A DNA stretch of 64,000 nucleotides from Candidatus Latescibacterota bacterium (GTDB lineage: Bacteria; Latescibacterota; UBA2968; GCA-2709665), in contig CBDDDZ010000005.1 in NCBI GenBank assembly GCA_965226795.1, positions 2,432,001 through 2,496,000 of the forward strand, in the 5' to 3' direction. Numbering within the stretch: position 1 is the first letter of the stretch; the number at the start of each line of letters is the position of its first letter. Of this stretch, positions 27,960-38,684 are shown piece after piece. The notes below the pieces were generated by a model that was given only the letters and a program-made list of their open reading frames with translations, made no database searches and was not told the origin of the DNA. The translations under genes were made by a program, and so were the position numbers.

Positions 27960-29840
27960 ATGTGGACCTACGATAAACACTACGATATCATTGTTGTGGG
28001 CGCTGGACACGCTGGAGCCGAAGCCGCCCTGGCAGGCGCCCGCATGGGGTGCAAGACCCTGCTGCTGACGATGAATCTGGACACGGTCGCCCAGATGTCC
28101 TGCAATCCCGCGGTGGGAGGCATTGCCAAAGGCCACATGGTGCGCGAAATCGATGCGTTGGGCGGCGAAATGGCGCAGAACATCGATGTGACGGGACTGC
28201 AATTCCGCCTGCTCAACCGGAGTAAGGGGCCGGCAGTGCAGGCCCCTCGGGCACAGGCCGACAAAAAAGCGTATCAATTTCGCATGAAATATGTTGTGGA
28301 AAGCCAGACGAACCTGGATCTCAAGCAGGGCCTGATCGAAGATCTGCTGGTTGACGACGGGCGAATCAGGGGCATCGTCACCAAGTCCCGCACGATCTTC
28401 CTGGGTCAGACGGTCATCCTGACAACCGGCACTTTTCTCAGGGGCCTCGTCCACGTGGGCAACCGATCTTACAGTGCCGGGCGCGCCGGCGAGCAATCCG
28501 CCGAACGGGCATCCGGCGACCTGCGGCGGTTGGGCTTTGAACTGGGGAGGTTGAAAACGGGGACGCCACCGCGGATCAATTCCCGCAGCGTCGATTACAG
28601 TGTGATGGAAATCCAGCCCGGTGACGAGCAGCCGTGCCCCTTCTCCTACCGCACCGAGACCATCACACAGGAACAACTAAACTGCCACATCACCTACACC
28701 ACGCCAGAAACCCACGATCTCATACGTCGGAACCTGGATCGTTCGGCAATGTACAGCGGCCGTATCCAGTCCGTGGGTCCACGGTACTGTCCTTCGATCG
28801 AAGACAAAGTCGTCAAATTTGCAGATAGGCAAAAGCATCAGTTGTTTGTGGAGCCGGAAGGCTACAACACGTTCGAAGTCTACCTCAACGGTCTGTCAAT
28901 GAGCCTGCCTGAAGACGTGCAGGTCGAGGTCGTCCGCAGCGTTCCCGGCCTTGAAAACGCCGAAATCATGCGGCCGGGTTACGCCATTGAATACGACTAT
29001 GTCCCTCCGACCCAGATCCTTCCCACGCTGGAAACCAAACCGGTCCGCGGCCTGTTTTTCGCGGGGCAAATCAACGGCACCACGGGCTACGAAGAAGCGG
29101 CCGGACAGGGCCTGATGGCGGGCATCAATGCCGCATTGCAGGTCCGGAACGAAGACGCGTTAATTCTGGACCGCGCCCAGGCTTATATCGGCGTACTGAT
29201 CGACGATCTCACAACGAAAGGTACGGAAGAGCCTTACCGCATGTTTACCGCATTGGCGGAATACCGTCTGTTGTTGCGGCACGACAACGCCGACCTGCGC
29301 CTGACCGAAATCGGTCGCAGGATCGGGCTGGTTTCAGACAGCGCCTACGAATGTTTTCAGCGTCGGACGGCAGCAATTGCCGCCGAACAACGCCGTCTGA
29401 GAAAGATAAAAGTCACGCCCTCAGACCGGGTTCAGCAGTACCTTCGCACAGCGGGCACCTCCCCTCTCGCACAGTCCGCACCTCTGATCGATCTGTTGCG
29501 CAGGCCCCAACTCGACTACCGCTTTGTACAGGAAGTCGCGCCACCTCCGGAACCGCTGCGTCCAGATGTATGCCAATCCGTTGAGGTCGAACTCAAATAC
29601 GAAGGTTATATCCAGCGCCAGAAAGCGCAGGTGGCCAGGTTTCAGGATCTGGAGACAAAGCGCCTTCCGGACAACATCGACTACATGGAACTTCCCGCCA
29701 TCTCCCGCGAGGCCGCCGAGAAGCTCTCGCAGGTACGCCCTCGCTCACTGGGCCAGGCTTCCCGAATTCCAGGCGTTTCACCCGCGGACATCTCGGCCCT
29801 AATGGTCCTCCTGAGAGCCCGTGGCCGGGGTACGGCATGA
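27960..29840 (+). CDS. mnmG: tRNA uridine-34 modification enzyme MnmG (GidA)
   Basis: [44 protein letters not shown]. Confidence 0.99.
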   Translation: MWTYDKHYDIIVVGAGHAGAEAALAGARMGCKTLLLTMNLDTVAQMSCNPAVGGIAKGHMVREIDALGGEMAQNIDVTGLQFRLLNRSKGPAVQAPRAQADKKAYQFRMKYVVESQTNLDLKQGLIEDLLVDDGRIRGIVTKSRTIFLGQTVILTTGTFLRGLVHVGNRSYSAGRAGEQSAERASGDLRRLGFELGRLKTGTPPRINSRSVDYSVMEIQPGDEQPCPFSYRTETITQEQLNCHITYTTPETHDLIRRNLDRSAMYSGRIQSVGPRYCPSIEDKVVKFADRQKHQLFVEPEGYNTFEVYLNGLSMSLPEDVQVEVVRSVPGLENAEIMRPGYAIEYDYVPPTQILPTLETKPVRGLFFAGQINGTTGYEEAAGQGLMAGINAALQVRNEDALILDRAQAYIGVLIDDLTTKGTEEPYRMFTALAEYRLLLRHDNADLRLTEIGRRIGLVSDSAYECFQRRTAAIAAEQRRLRKIKVTPSDRVQQYLRTAGTSPLAQSAPLIDLLRRPQLDYRFVQEVAPPPEPLRPDVCQSVEVELKYEGYIQRQKAQVARFQDLETKRLPDNIDYMELPAISREAAEKLSQVRPRSLGQASRIPGVSPADISALMVLLRARGRGTA

Positions 29841-30697
29841 ATGTTAGCGCGAAACAGATACAGGCCATTGTCTCGCTCCTGGACGACCGTAACGCCGATA
29901 TCTTAGACATCGTGCGGGGCAAGCTGTTCACAATGGGCGAGCCGGTCGTCCGCAAGATCCAGGATGCCGCGTCCGGGGGGTCGCCAGCGCAACGGGAGGC
30001 CGGCCGGATCCTGTTGTGCCTCAAGGAACCCCCGCTGGAAACGCAGTTCCAAAAACTACAGGAGAACCCCACCGGCGACATCGACCTGGAAACAGCGTCG
30101 TTTACCCTGGCCAAGCTCGAATATCCGACCCTCAACATTCATCGTTACAGAAGTCAGCTCAACAGGATGGCCGGGGACCTGGCCCCCTCCATTGCTCCAG
30201 ACGACCATCCGCTCAGAATAATCCAGACCCTGAACCACTACCTTTTCGATACACAGGGTTTCCGGGGGCAAAGAAACGACCCGATCGTTCCGGCCGCCAG
30301 CTATATGAACCGGGTTCTGGATTGCAAGACAGGTCTGCCCATTTCGATTTCAGCGCTTTTCATTTTTCTGGGCCGCCGGCTCGATCTGCCCATTCTCGGC
30401 GTCGGGATGCCCTTTCACTTTATTACCAAGTACAAGACAACGGACGGCATGGAGTTCCTTTTCGACCCCTTTAACAGGGGCCAACTCTTGACAGCGAATG
30501 AATGCCGGGAATATCTCTCCCGGTTCGACATGGAGTTTGAGCCGTCCATGCTGCGCCAATCATCCGACCGGCAAATACTCACCCGCATGATGTTCAACCT
30601 TTGTGCCGCCTACCGTAATCAGAAGGGTGCGCGAAAGGTCGACACCCTCGATCGTCTGCTTAGGATCCTACTCAAGCACTCACCGTTACAGGAGTAA
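29837..30697 (+). CDS. SirB1 / transglutaminase-like domain protein
   Basis: LNHYLF...GFRG, SYMNRVL....[20 protein letters not shown]. Confidence 0.85.
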   Translation: MNVSAKQIQAIVSLLDDRNADILDIVRGKLFTMGEPVVRKIQDAASGGSPAQREAGRILLCLKEPPLETQFQKLQENPTGDIDLETASFTLAKLEYPTLNIHRYRSQLNRMAGDLAPSIAPDDHPLRIIQTLNHYLFDTQGFRGQRNDPIVPAASYMNRVLDCKTGLPISISALFIFLGRRLDLPILGVGMPFHFITKYKTTDGMEFLFDPFNRGQLLTANECREYLSRFDMEFEPSMLRQSSDRQILTRMMFNLCAAYRNQKGARKVDTLDRLLRILLKHSPLQE

Positions 30698-30918
30698 CCG
30701 GTACGTTTCGTTCTGAGAACCTCGGCCAGGGGTCGGCGCTTGCCTTCCGGCGCGCTGCATGACCGCCGCAACTTCAGAATCCGGCACCGGCCACATTCCG
30801 CATCCCGTTCCGGGTCGGCGCAATGAACTGTGTTTCCGTGCACGCAGGATCACCGACTGCCAGGCTTCCCCGCGTTCTCCAAGCCAGGTAAGCCCTCGTC
30901 TGTCGCCGTGCTCAAGCC

Positions 30919-31392
30919 ATGGCTGATAACATCAAAATCGTAGTGCAGAACCGAAAAGCCCGGCGGGACTTTTTTCTTGTCGACGCCTACGAAGCCGGCC
31001 TCGAACTCAAAGGCACGGAGGTGAAATCACTACGCCTTGGCAACGCAAATATGGCAGACTGCTATGCCCGCGTGGAAAACAACGAAGTCTTCCTGCATAA
31101 CCTCCACATTGGTGAATACACCGAGGCCAACCGCTTCAATCATGATCCGGTTCGCAAACGCCGGCTGTTGCTACACAGAAACGAAATCGATCGGCTAAGG
31201 GTACGTACGGAAGAAAAGGGACTCACGCTCGTTGCTCTGAAGCTCTATTTCAAACGCGGCAGAGCCAAGGTCGAACTGGCCGTCGCCCGGGGTAAACGCG
31301 AATACGACCGGCGCCACGACATCGCCAAACGTGACGCTCAACGTGAAATGCAGCGGGAACTCAAGGTGCGGGGAACGAGATCTGGTATCTAG
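30919..31392 (+). CDS. smpB: SsrA-binding protein SmpB
   Basis: NRKARRDF, AGLELKGTEVKSLR, RKRRLLLH, GKREYDRR. Confidence 0.98.
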   Translation: MADNIKIVVQNRKARRDFFLVDAYEAGLELKGTEVKSLRLGNANMADCYARVENNEVFLHNLHIGEYTEANRFNHDPVRKRRLLLHRNEIDRLRVRTEEKGLTLVALKLYFKRGRAKVELAVARGKREYDRRHDIAKRDAQREMQRELKVRGTRSGI

Positions 31393-31451
31393 TGTCCGCG
31401 GCGACTCGAATCCGATCCCGATTCACCATCTCCATCCTGTCGAGAAGGTCC

Positions 31452-32663
31452 ATGGAAAATGAGAAAAGGCGCCAGGCCTTTTTCCCGGCCTGCGTACTGG
31501 GTGCCTTTATCGTGCTGTCGCTGTTTTGTTCTTCCGCGAACGCAGGAAAAGCCGGCGCGCCCGTTCTCATTCCCACGTCGAGAATCGGCGAGGGCGCCTA
31601 CGTGTCTCTGGATGACCTGGCCAGGATTCTGGGCGGCCGACTCCATCCCTATCCATCGAAGGGAAAAATCGCCTTGCGGAAGGGTGGAAATTCGATTGTC
31701 TTTACCCCGTTTTCCTCCGTTGTTACCGTAAACGACGTCGGATACAGGCTGCCGCTGGAAACGCGATACCACGACAGCGAGGCCTTATGGGTTCCGTCTG
31801 ATGCGATCCTGTCGTTGCTGGCTCGAACCCTTGCCGGTTATCCCCGGATGACAGCGGTTGAAACACCCGTCGATGCTGCCCGCGCGTCCGTTCGGGAAAC
31901 CCGGCAGCCTGCTGGACGAACACCGGTACCGCGGGCGAAAGTCGACCCCAAACGCTGGACGATCGACACCATCATCATAGACCCCGGGCACGGCGGCAGG
32001 GATCCGGGCGCCATGGGAAAACGCGGCACGAGGGAGAAGGACATTGTATTAAAGGTTTCCATACGCCTGAAAAAGCTGCTCGAAGAGCGGCTTCGCGTAA
32101 GAGCCGTGTTAACGCGCAGTACGGACACGTTCGTTACGCTCGGACAACGCGCCCGCAATGCCAGGAAGAATCAGGGCAAACTTTTTGTGAGCCTTCACTG
32201 CAACGCGAGCAGAAATCGCCGTGCGCGCGGCTTAGAGGTCTACTTTCTTTCCGAGGCCAAGACGGACGAAGCCGCCGAAGTGGCACGGCGGGAAAACGCC
32301 GTCCTCCGCCTGGAAGAACAGGATGATGCGGTGACCATGGATGAAGTCGAAGGTATACAGTTCGGCCTTCTCTCTACTCAGTTTCTGAAAGAAAGCCAGG
32401 ATCTGGCGGCCGATATTCGCGCCGAGGTCATAGAAAACCTGAGGCCAATGCCCGACCGCGGCGTACGGCAGGCCAACTTCTACGTGATGAGAGGTACGAT
32501 GGGGCACATGCCTTCGGTTCTTGTGGAAATGGGCTTTATCTCCAACCCCGGAGAAGAAAGTCAGATGCGAAAGTGGACGTTTCAACGTGAAATGGCCGAA
32601 GCCATCTTCAGCGGTATCCGAAATTTCAAACAACGATATGAACGACAACTCACCCAAAACTGA
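31452..32663 (+). CDS. N-acetylmuramoyl-L-alanine amidase (Amidase_3)
   Basis: Signal peptide, IIIDPGHGGRDPGA, EKD, FVSLHCNA, SVLVEMGFISN. Confidence 0.94.
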   Translation: MENEKRRQAFFPACVLGAFIVLSLFCSSANAGKAGAPVLIPTSRIGEGAYVSLDDLARILGGRLHPYPSKGKIALRKGGNSIVFTPFSSVVTVNDVGYRLPLETRYHDSEALWVPSDAILSLLARTLAGYPRMTAVETPVDAARASVRETRQPAGRTPVPRAKVDPKRWTIDTIIIDPGHGGRDPGAMGKRGTREKDIVLKVSIRLKKLLEERLRVRAVLTRSTDTFVTLGQRARNARKNQGKLFVSLHCNASRNRRARGLEVYFLSEAKTDEAAEVARRENAVLRLEEQDDAVTMDEVEGIQFGLLSTQFLKESQDLAADIRAEVIENLRPMPDRGVRQANFYVMRGTMGHMPSVLVEMGFISNPGEESQMRKWTFQREMAEAIFSGIRNFKQRYERQLTQN

Positions 32664-33531
32664 TCGTCCGTTGCGGATCGACCTTCCCGGCGGCGATCCG
32701 GGATACTATTACGATCCCCGGGTTACGGCCGGTCTGCATGGCGAAATCAGACTCTCACCCAGGGTCGAAAGATATTGCCGATGCGGCGGCAAGCCGCCTT
32801 ATCAGATTTTCCAACGGTCGGATGCCGAACCGGCCTGGTGCCCGTGTCGACGCTACCGGCTGAAGACACACGAGATCCACCGGCTCATCAGAAACTCCGG
32901 CATCCCCGGTCCGTTTCGATACAAATTCCTGGACGATTTCTACGAAAAATACGAAGGAAAACCAATCGGCGGCGCAGACCAGCTCAAACGCCATCTCGGC
33001 AACCTGATCGAAAAAGCCCGCAAGCTGAACGCCTCGCACGGGCCCGGCGCAAAAGCAGCCGCTCCCCTCACGATTAGAGGATACTTTCTGTCGGGCAAAC
33101 CCGGTGTGGGCAAGACCTACTTCTCCTACGTCGCGCTCAACGAACTCATCTTCCACTCGGGGCGTCCCGGAAAATTCATCAGCCTGTCAAAGGCATTCTT
33201 CCAGACACTGCGATTCGCGTTTGACGAAAACAGTCCGATGCATGGTAAATCCGAGGCCTTTTTGCGCGACCTCGGCAACGTCCCGTACCTTGTCATCGAC
33301 GACTTTGGCGTGCAGCGGAATACGGAATGGGAGCTGGAAATGCTTTACAACCTGGTGGATACAAGATACGCCAGCCGGCGTTTCACGATTTTCACCACCA
33401 ACCAGGACATTGAAAACGTGAAAGACCTGGCGGAGGGCAGGCTCTATTCGAGGTTTATTGAAATGTGTTATATCATCCGCATCCGGGCATCGGACTTCCG
33501 GGAACACGCCAGGAAGGAATATGAAATATGA
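32638..33531 (+). CDS. DnaC/IstB-like AAA+ ATPase with N-terminal Cys cluster
   Basis: Walker A GKPGVGKT, Walker B LVIDDFG, YNLVDTRY, IFTTN, RLYSRF.EMC, DFR; N-terminal CRCGG...WCPC. Confidence 0.88.
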   Translation: MNDNSPKTDRPLRIDLPGGDPGYYYDPRVTAGLHGEIRLSPRVERYCRCGGKPPYQIFQRSDAEPAWCPCRRYRLKTHEIHRLIRNSGIPGPFRYKFLDDFYEKYEGKPIGGADQLKRHLGNLIEKARKLNASHGPGAKAAAPLTIRGYFLSGKPGVGKTYFSYVALNELIFHSGRPGKFISLSKAFFQTLRFAFDENSPMHGKSEAFLRDLGNVPYLVIDDFGVQRNTEWELEMLYNLVDTRYASRRFTIFTTNQDIENVKDLAEGRLYSRFIEMCYIIRIRASDFREHARKEYEI

Positions 33532-33616
33532 GATCCGGGTTCAGATGAGGGCGAGTTCCACTATTCCAATTCGCTTCTTCGGTTCTAAACGATTCACCGC
33601 CATTTGCAGGTTTCCC

Positions 33617-34207
33617 ATGTCGTCTCTTGTGGCAGCCACGAAAAATCCCGGCAAGCTCAGAGAGATCCGGGAAATACTGGGTTCGGAAGTCAGGGTCCGT
33701 TCTCTGGCCGACTTCCCCAACATCGGGGATATAGTGGAGGACGGCAGGACGTTCGAGGCCAACGCCATCAAAAAAGCGCTTTCCGTATCCTTCCATACCG
33801 GCCACGTGTCCCTGGCCGATGACTCCGGCCTGGAGGTGGACGCGCTCGACGGAGCGCCGGGTGTTTGTTCGGCGCGATTCGCGGGCGAAAACGCCACCGA
33901 CGAACAGAACAACCGCAAGCTTCTCCGGCTCCTCGAAGATATCCCTGGCGCAGAACGGACGGCCCGATTTCGCTGCGTGATTGCCATCGGCGCACCCGAC
34001 GGCTCGGTACAGACGGCCGAGGGCAGAGCGGAGGGCCTGATCCTGTGCAGCCCGCGGGGAACGGGCGGGTTCGGCTACGACCCCCTATTTCTGGTGCCCG
34101 GCATCCGGTGTACGTTTGCCGAACTCTCGCCCCGGGAAAAAAACAGACTCAGCCATCGGGGTAAAGCCCTGCGCTCCATGTTCCCACTGCTGCGCAAGTT
34201 TCTTTGA
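33617..34207 (+). CDS. rdgB: Non-canonical purine NTP pyrophosphatase
   Basis: ATKNPGKLRE, ADDSGL, GFGYDPLF, KNRLSHRGKA. Confidence 0.97.
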   Translation: MSSLVAATKNPGKLREIREILGSEVRVRSLADFPNIGDIVEDGRTFEANAIKKALSVSFHTGHVSLADDSGLEVDALDGAPGVCSARFAGENATDEQNNRKLLRLLEDIPGAERTARFRCVIAIGAPDGSVQTAEGRAEGLILCSPRGTGGFGYDPLFLVPGIRCTFAELSPREKNRLSHRGKALRSMFPLLRKFL

Positions 34208-34260
34208 TCCGTGTGTTACGCCGCCCAGGCATTACCTGCACCCGGTGCCTTTCCGGCTGC

Positions 34261-34476
34261 TCAATCCGTCTTGGAATCGCCCGCGTCCGCACGGCGTTGA
34301 TACCGCCTCATCCGCCTCGCAAAGATCCAGATCAATCCCGCCACCGCCAGGTATTTCAACACCTCCCACACCCACCCCTCCCATCCCAGAATCACTGGCC
34401 AAAGCGCAAATAGCGACAGCAGGATGAACAAATCCTCCAACGCAACCCAGATGCGGCGTTCATTGCCTTTTGACAT
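34261..34476 (-). CDS. Small two-TM membrane protein
   Basis: Two hydrophobic segments and a basic tail; SD GAGG before the ATG. Confidence 0.7.
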   Translation of the reverse strand: MSKGNERRIWVALEDLFILLSLFALWPVILGWEGWVWEVLKYLAVAGLIWIFARRMRRYQRRADAGDSKTD

Positions 34477-34691
34477 GGATCTATCCTCTCCCCTCGGGCC
34501 TGCCTGGTTTTACGACCGTTCCGGAACTGCCTGCGGATTCCGATTCCCGGATGGGCTGATTGAAATCTCCGCCCCGGAAGCATAGGCAGAATGCCTGAAT
34601 GCAATTCGCGACCACCCGCTGCAAAAACACCTGGCCTCCGGTCGTTTCTACACGGGCGCACGGCGTCAGGGTTGGCAACGTCGCCAGTGGT

Positions 34692-36872
34692 TCATCTCCC
34701 CGAGTCCGTCTCCTGCTGCAGATACGAATACACCTGATAATTCCGATACACGAGCTTCACGTAATTGCGCGTCTCCCGATACGGTATGCTCTCTACGAAC
34801 TCATCCACGTCGTGCGCCGGGAGCCGACTCGACCATTTCCGCGCCACATCCAACCCTGCGTTGTAGGCCGATAATGCCAGGCCGAGCCGTCTGTCTTTAC
34901 TGCTCCTGAAATACCGGAAATGATCGGCCAGATGCCTGGCGCCCAGCCGAATGGACGTCTGTGGATTCCACAGATCTTCCGTAGAGATACCTCTGAGACG
35001 CAGTTTGCGCGCCATCTGGCGTCCCGTGGCCGGCATCACCTGCATTAATCCGCGTGCGCCCGCCCGGGACAATGCCATTTCATCAAACGCACTTTCCTGG
35101 CGGATAATTGCAAGTACCAGATTGGGGTCGAGCCCGAAATCCTGAGCGGTCCGGCTGATCTCGCCCAAGTAATAGGTAGGGTACAGTCTGCGAAACGATG
35201 TGAGCGTAACCGGCATCCCCCGTTCGCGTTCCAGATTGACGATCAGGCCGGCTATCCGGAGCGCCTGGTTCATCGCTCCAATGCGTTCAAATCGCCGCTG
35301 CAATTCACTCAGGGCGTAGATCTCACTTCTATGCGCCCATCCTGCGTGTCTGTATTCCTGTTCCGCTTCATCGTAAAGTCCCAGGTCCGCCAACCTGTCT
35401 CCTTTCAACAGGTAGGGCGACGGTTCATATGGCGGATGACGTCCGTTGACCCCCTGAGATGTCGGCGCTGGAGGGCAGGCCCTGTCCTTCAATGCCAGAA
35501 TCGCCCGCGCCCGGGCAGCATAGTACGAGGTTGGAAATCCGGCTGCGGCCCGACGAATCCAATTGGCGCCCAACTCCTTACGGCCTGCCCGCTGATAGGA
35601 CTTGCCAGCCCAGTAGTAGCCCTGGTCTCTCATGTAATTCTCGGTCGTCCGGTCCGCCAGCTTCAGAAAGACCCGCGCGGCCTCCTCGAACCGGTCCATT
35701 ACGTAGAGTGCATAACCCGCACGCCACCTGGCGCGGTCGGCCAGTTGACTTCCGGGATAACGAGCGGCCAGATTCAAAAACACTTCGCGTGCCTTTGCGC
35801 GCCTTCCCCGCCTCTCATACGCCATTGCGGCCTGCCAGAGCGCCTCGGCAGCCCCCGGCGTTGCAGGATACTTACGCGCGAACGATTGAAACCGCCCGGC
35901 CGCCTTTAAATCGTGCCCCAATTTCACAGAACAGCGGCCCAGATGAAATAATGCCTTCGGTACCCGGTACCGGCGATGGGCCTCCTGGAACGCGCGTTCC
36001 GCCGTACGGTAGTCCTTTCGTTTGTAGTGGGTCAGCCCCAGTTCCTGTTGCGCCCGACCCTGCCAGGCGATATCACCGGACTCCTTTACGATCTGTCGAA
36101 ACATCCGAACCGCTTCTCGAAACCGCCGGTGGCTTGAATAAGCGACCGCCCCGTAAAACCGTTCCTGTACCGTTCGCAATTGGCCCAGCGAACCCAACGC
36201 GTCAAATGCCTCCGGCGACTCCGGATGATCCCGCACGAGGCGTAGCCGAATTCGCTGCGCCTCCGTGGAATCCCCCGAGACCTCCAACGCACCTGAAAGG
36301 CCCGCCAGCGCCTGGACCTCCTGCTGGCTCCCATCGGACAGCCGCCGGTACATCAGGGCAGCCTCCCGTGCCCGTCCCGCCCGCATCTGGTGCTCGGCCG
36401 CCTGGAGTGCCGCGTCCTCCAACAGCCTGCCCGATGGCCGCGTGTCCACAACCCGCGCAAAATACACCAACGCGCTGTCCGCCCGCCCAAGCCCCTCGTG
36501 ACATTCCGCCTGCCAGAAATCCATGTAATCGCTAATTCCCGCAGACGCCTTCTCCAAAGCGCGGAATCCGTTCAATGCGTCTTCAAAGCGCCCGAGCGCC
36601 TTCAAACACAGCGCCTGCTGAAGCCGTGCCCTGCGAATCGCCCAATCATCCAACCCGGTCAAATCCATTCGAGTCAGCATGTGCAACGCGTTCCGGTACG
36701 CGGCACGAGCAATCAGCGTCTCTGCCCGGGACAGCGGGTCCAGGCGCTCGCCTCTCCCCAACCTCCCCGGGACCGTCAGAACAGCCGCCGTCACAAGCGC
36801 CAGGGTAATTCCGGCAAGCCAGACCTCCCCTAACCTGACGCCGACAAGGACATTCACGGAATGGGATTTCAT
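34692..36872 (-). CDS. TPR-containing soluble lytic transglycosylase
   Basis: IIRQESAF (catalytic Glu), GARGLMQVMP, AYNAG, IPYRETRNYV; N-terminal TM segment and TPRs. Confidence 0.93.
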   Translation of the reverse strand: MKSHSVNVLVGVRLGEVWLAGITLALVTAAVLTVPGRLGRGERLDPLSRAETLIARAAYRNALHMLTRMDLTGLDDWAIRRARLQQALCLKALGRFEDALNGFRALEKASAGISDYMDFWQAECHEGLGRADSALVYFARVVDTRPSGRLLEDAALQAAEHQMRAGRAREAALMYRRLSDGSQQEVQALAGLSGALEVSGDSTEAQRIRLRLVRDHPESPEAFDALGSLGQLRTVQERFYGAVAYSSHRRFREAVRMFRQIVKESGDIAWQGRAQQELGLTHYKRKDYRTAERAFQEAHRRYRVPKALFHLGRCSVKLGHDLKAAGRFQSFARKYPATPGAAEALWQAAMAYERRGRRAKAREVFLNLAARYPGSQLADRARWRAGYALYVMDRFEEAARVFLKLADRTTENYMRDQGYYWAGKSYQRAGRKELGANWIRRAAAGFPTSYYAARARAILALKDRACPPAPTSQGVNGRHPPYEPSPYLLKGDRLADLGLYDEAEQEYRHAGWAHRSEIYALSELQRRFERIGAMNQALRIAGLIVNLERERGMPVTLTSFRRLYPTYYLGEISRTAQDFGLDPNLVLAIIRQESAFDEMALSRAGARGLMQVMPATGRQMARKLRLRGISTEDLWNPQTSIRLGARHLADHFRYFRSSKDRRLGLALSAYNAGLDVARKWSSRLPAHDVDEFVESIPYRETRNYVKLVYRNYQVYSYLQQETDSGR

Positions 36873-37043
36873 GGCTGGTAGACAATCGATGGCATCTGAA
36901 GTTCGGGCACGGGTGTCGATGTGTCGGGTACAGGTGTCGAGTATAATCGCGGGGGGATGGGATACGAAACGTCAAGGCCGGTCAGAACCTGGCTTATCCG
37001 TCGTCCGAGGGACAATTCACGCCGACACTTCGCGTTGCCGTCG

Positions 37044-37411
37044 CTATTGGAATAGCGGCTCTAAATCCTCAATGACGGCCAGTACGCCAAGGCAGGTGAA
37101 CACCAGTCCGCAAACGATATTCAGCGTGACGAGGAAAGAACCCATCCTGAACGGTCTGGGCAGATATTTGCGATCGGTCCATACCATGGCAAAGCACCAG
37201 GGTCCGGCCAACAGAACCCCTGTAATATGCAGCGGAATCATCATCATTGAAATCGGGTTCCAACCCACGCCCACACCGTTTCTCCGCTTCCAGTCGTTAC
37301 CGACGCGATGACGGCCCCGGGTCCGAAGAACTTCAGGAAGTCCAGGGCTCGCCGGGAGCGCAACTCCGGCGCCAATTCCGGAAAACGCTGCTTCTCTTCC
37401 TCAGGATTCAC
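37044..37411 (-). pseudogene. Nramp/MntH-like transporter remnant with large internal deletion
   Basis: 37411-37244 reads ...FLKFFGPGAVIASVTTGSGETVW (family N-terminal motif); 37274-37044 reads ...WTDRKYLPRPFRM plus a final TM segment (C-terminus) in another frame. Confidence 0.75.
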
Positions 37412-37507
37412 AATAGGCCCCTGCAGGTCTATGCTCTCGCGCTCGATATTGACCCGGCTTCTATTCCCGGCGCGAACGCCGGAGTCCGTGGTCGGTTCGG
37501 GAGTGTA

Positions 37508-38473
37508 CTACCTGATTGCGAACGGATTTCCCGGCGATCCGGTGGCGCCCTTGAGCCTCAGCGGCGCAAAGACGAACGCGAACTCAAACACGCCGTCTGC
37601 CGCCAGTTCGTCCAGGTCGAGATTCTCCAGAATATATACGCCGTTACGCTGGATCAGCAACTCGTGGACCTCGAACGCCCCGTCCGGATCTTCTCCGGGC
37701 ACGGCCTCGACCGCCCACGTATCGGCGCCGACCATGACGATTTTCTTTTTCAGCAGCCACCGCGCGGCTTCCAGCCCGATACCCGGCTGACCCGAGTTGT
37801 AAGTCTCGTTGTCCACTTTCCATAAACTTCCATGGCCGGTACGAAACAGTACGACATCCCCTTCCGTGACCTCTACACCCTGTTTTTTCAAGGCCCTTTC
37901 AATGTCAGCTGCGGTAATCACATAACCCACATCCAACCGCGCCAGCCCCTTGTGGCCCACCACGTCGACCAGAACGCCCCGGGTGAAAAACACACCCACG
38001 TTTTCAACGCCCAGTTTCTCCAGTCCGTAGGCGGTGCCAATCTCCGAACGCCTGAATCCATTGTAAAAGATGTCCTCATTGCCCTTGCGCGTACCGATGT
38101 GCCCCAATCCATCGAATTGGGTTCCCACCTGTCCGATCTCGCCGCTGAACATTTCGTCGTGCCAGATCAGCTGGTTCTCTCCGACAGGTCCTCCGGTTGG
38201 CGAACCGGGAATGGTCAGACTGTAATGCCGGTTGCCGAAGAGCGGAATTCCCGGCTCATAAACCCGTCCAAGCTGGTATGTCTTGCCCGCCTGGATCAAT
38301 CTCGCGGCCCCCAATACCTTCTGCGGGGTCAGCCGGTTCATTGCCCCTCTCTGATCTCCCGCCCCCCACTCGGACGGCCACCATTTATCGCCGCCGGCCC
38401 CTTCCTGTCCGAGGGCTGGAGTCATCACGATCAGGCATCCTGCAAACAACGCACATGCAAATCGATTTCGCAT
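37508..38473 (-). CDS. Secreted cyclase-family metal-dependent hydrolase
   Basis: Signal peptide, WGAGDQRGAMN, GTQFDGLGH, FRTG, ILENL, GATGSPGNP. Confidence 0.9.
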   Translation of the reverse strand: MRNRFACALFAGCLIVMTPALGQEGAGGDKWWPSEWGAGDQRGAMNRLTPQKVLGAARLIQAGKTYQLGRVYEPGIPLFGNRHYSLTIPGSPTGGPVGENQLIWHDEMFSGEIGQVGTQFDGLGHIGTRKGNEDIFYNGFRRSEIGTAYGLEKLGVENVGVFFTRGVLVDVVGHKGLARLDVGYVITAADIERALKKQGVEVTEGDVVLFRTGHGSLWKVDNETYNSGQPGIGLEAARWLLKKKIVMVGADTWAVEAVPGEDPDGAFEVHELLIQRNGVYILENLDLDELAADGVFEFAFVFAPLRLKGATGSPGNPFAIR

Positions 38474-38684
38474 TCCGGCCTCCTCTCGGGGTTTGGGTCG
38501 ACACTGTATCGGAACGCACCGGGATTATGATAATACCTCCAAAGTTCAAAGGCAAGCGCGGAATGCCCATATATCCCCAACGTACAGAAGGGTATTGCGC
38601 CTGGACCATGCACATGCTATTTTAGAAGCCGCCCGCCTGGCGGGGTACCGTTTCCGCACTCTGCATCTTTTTCGAGGCCCTCCA

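Noticed and set aside
32638..33531. IS21 element or prophage
   Set aside because: No istA, terminal inverted repeats, integrase or phage genes are adjacent.
34481..34678. 65-aa minus-strand ORF between the transglycosylase and the small membrane protein
   Set aside because: Non-ATG start and no recognisable motif; coding status cannot be supported.
36982..37000. CAGAACCTGGCTTAT resembles the RNase P RNA 3' end
   Set aside because: No upstream GAGGAAAGTCC, and the upstream DNA is coding on the opposite strand.
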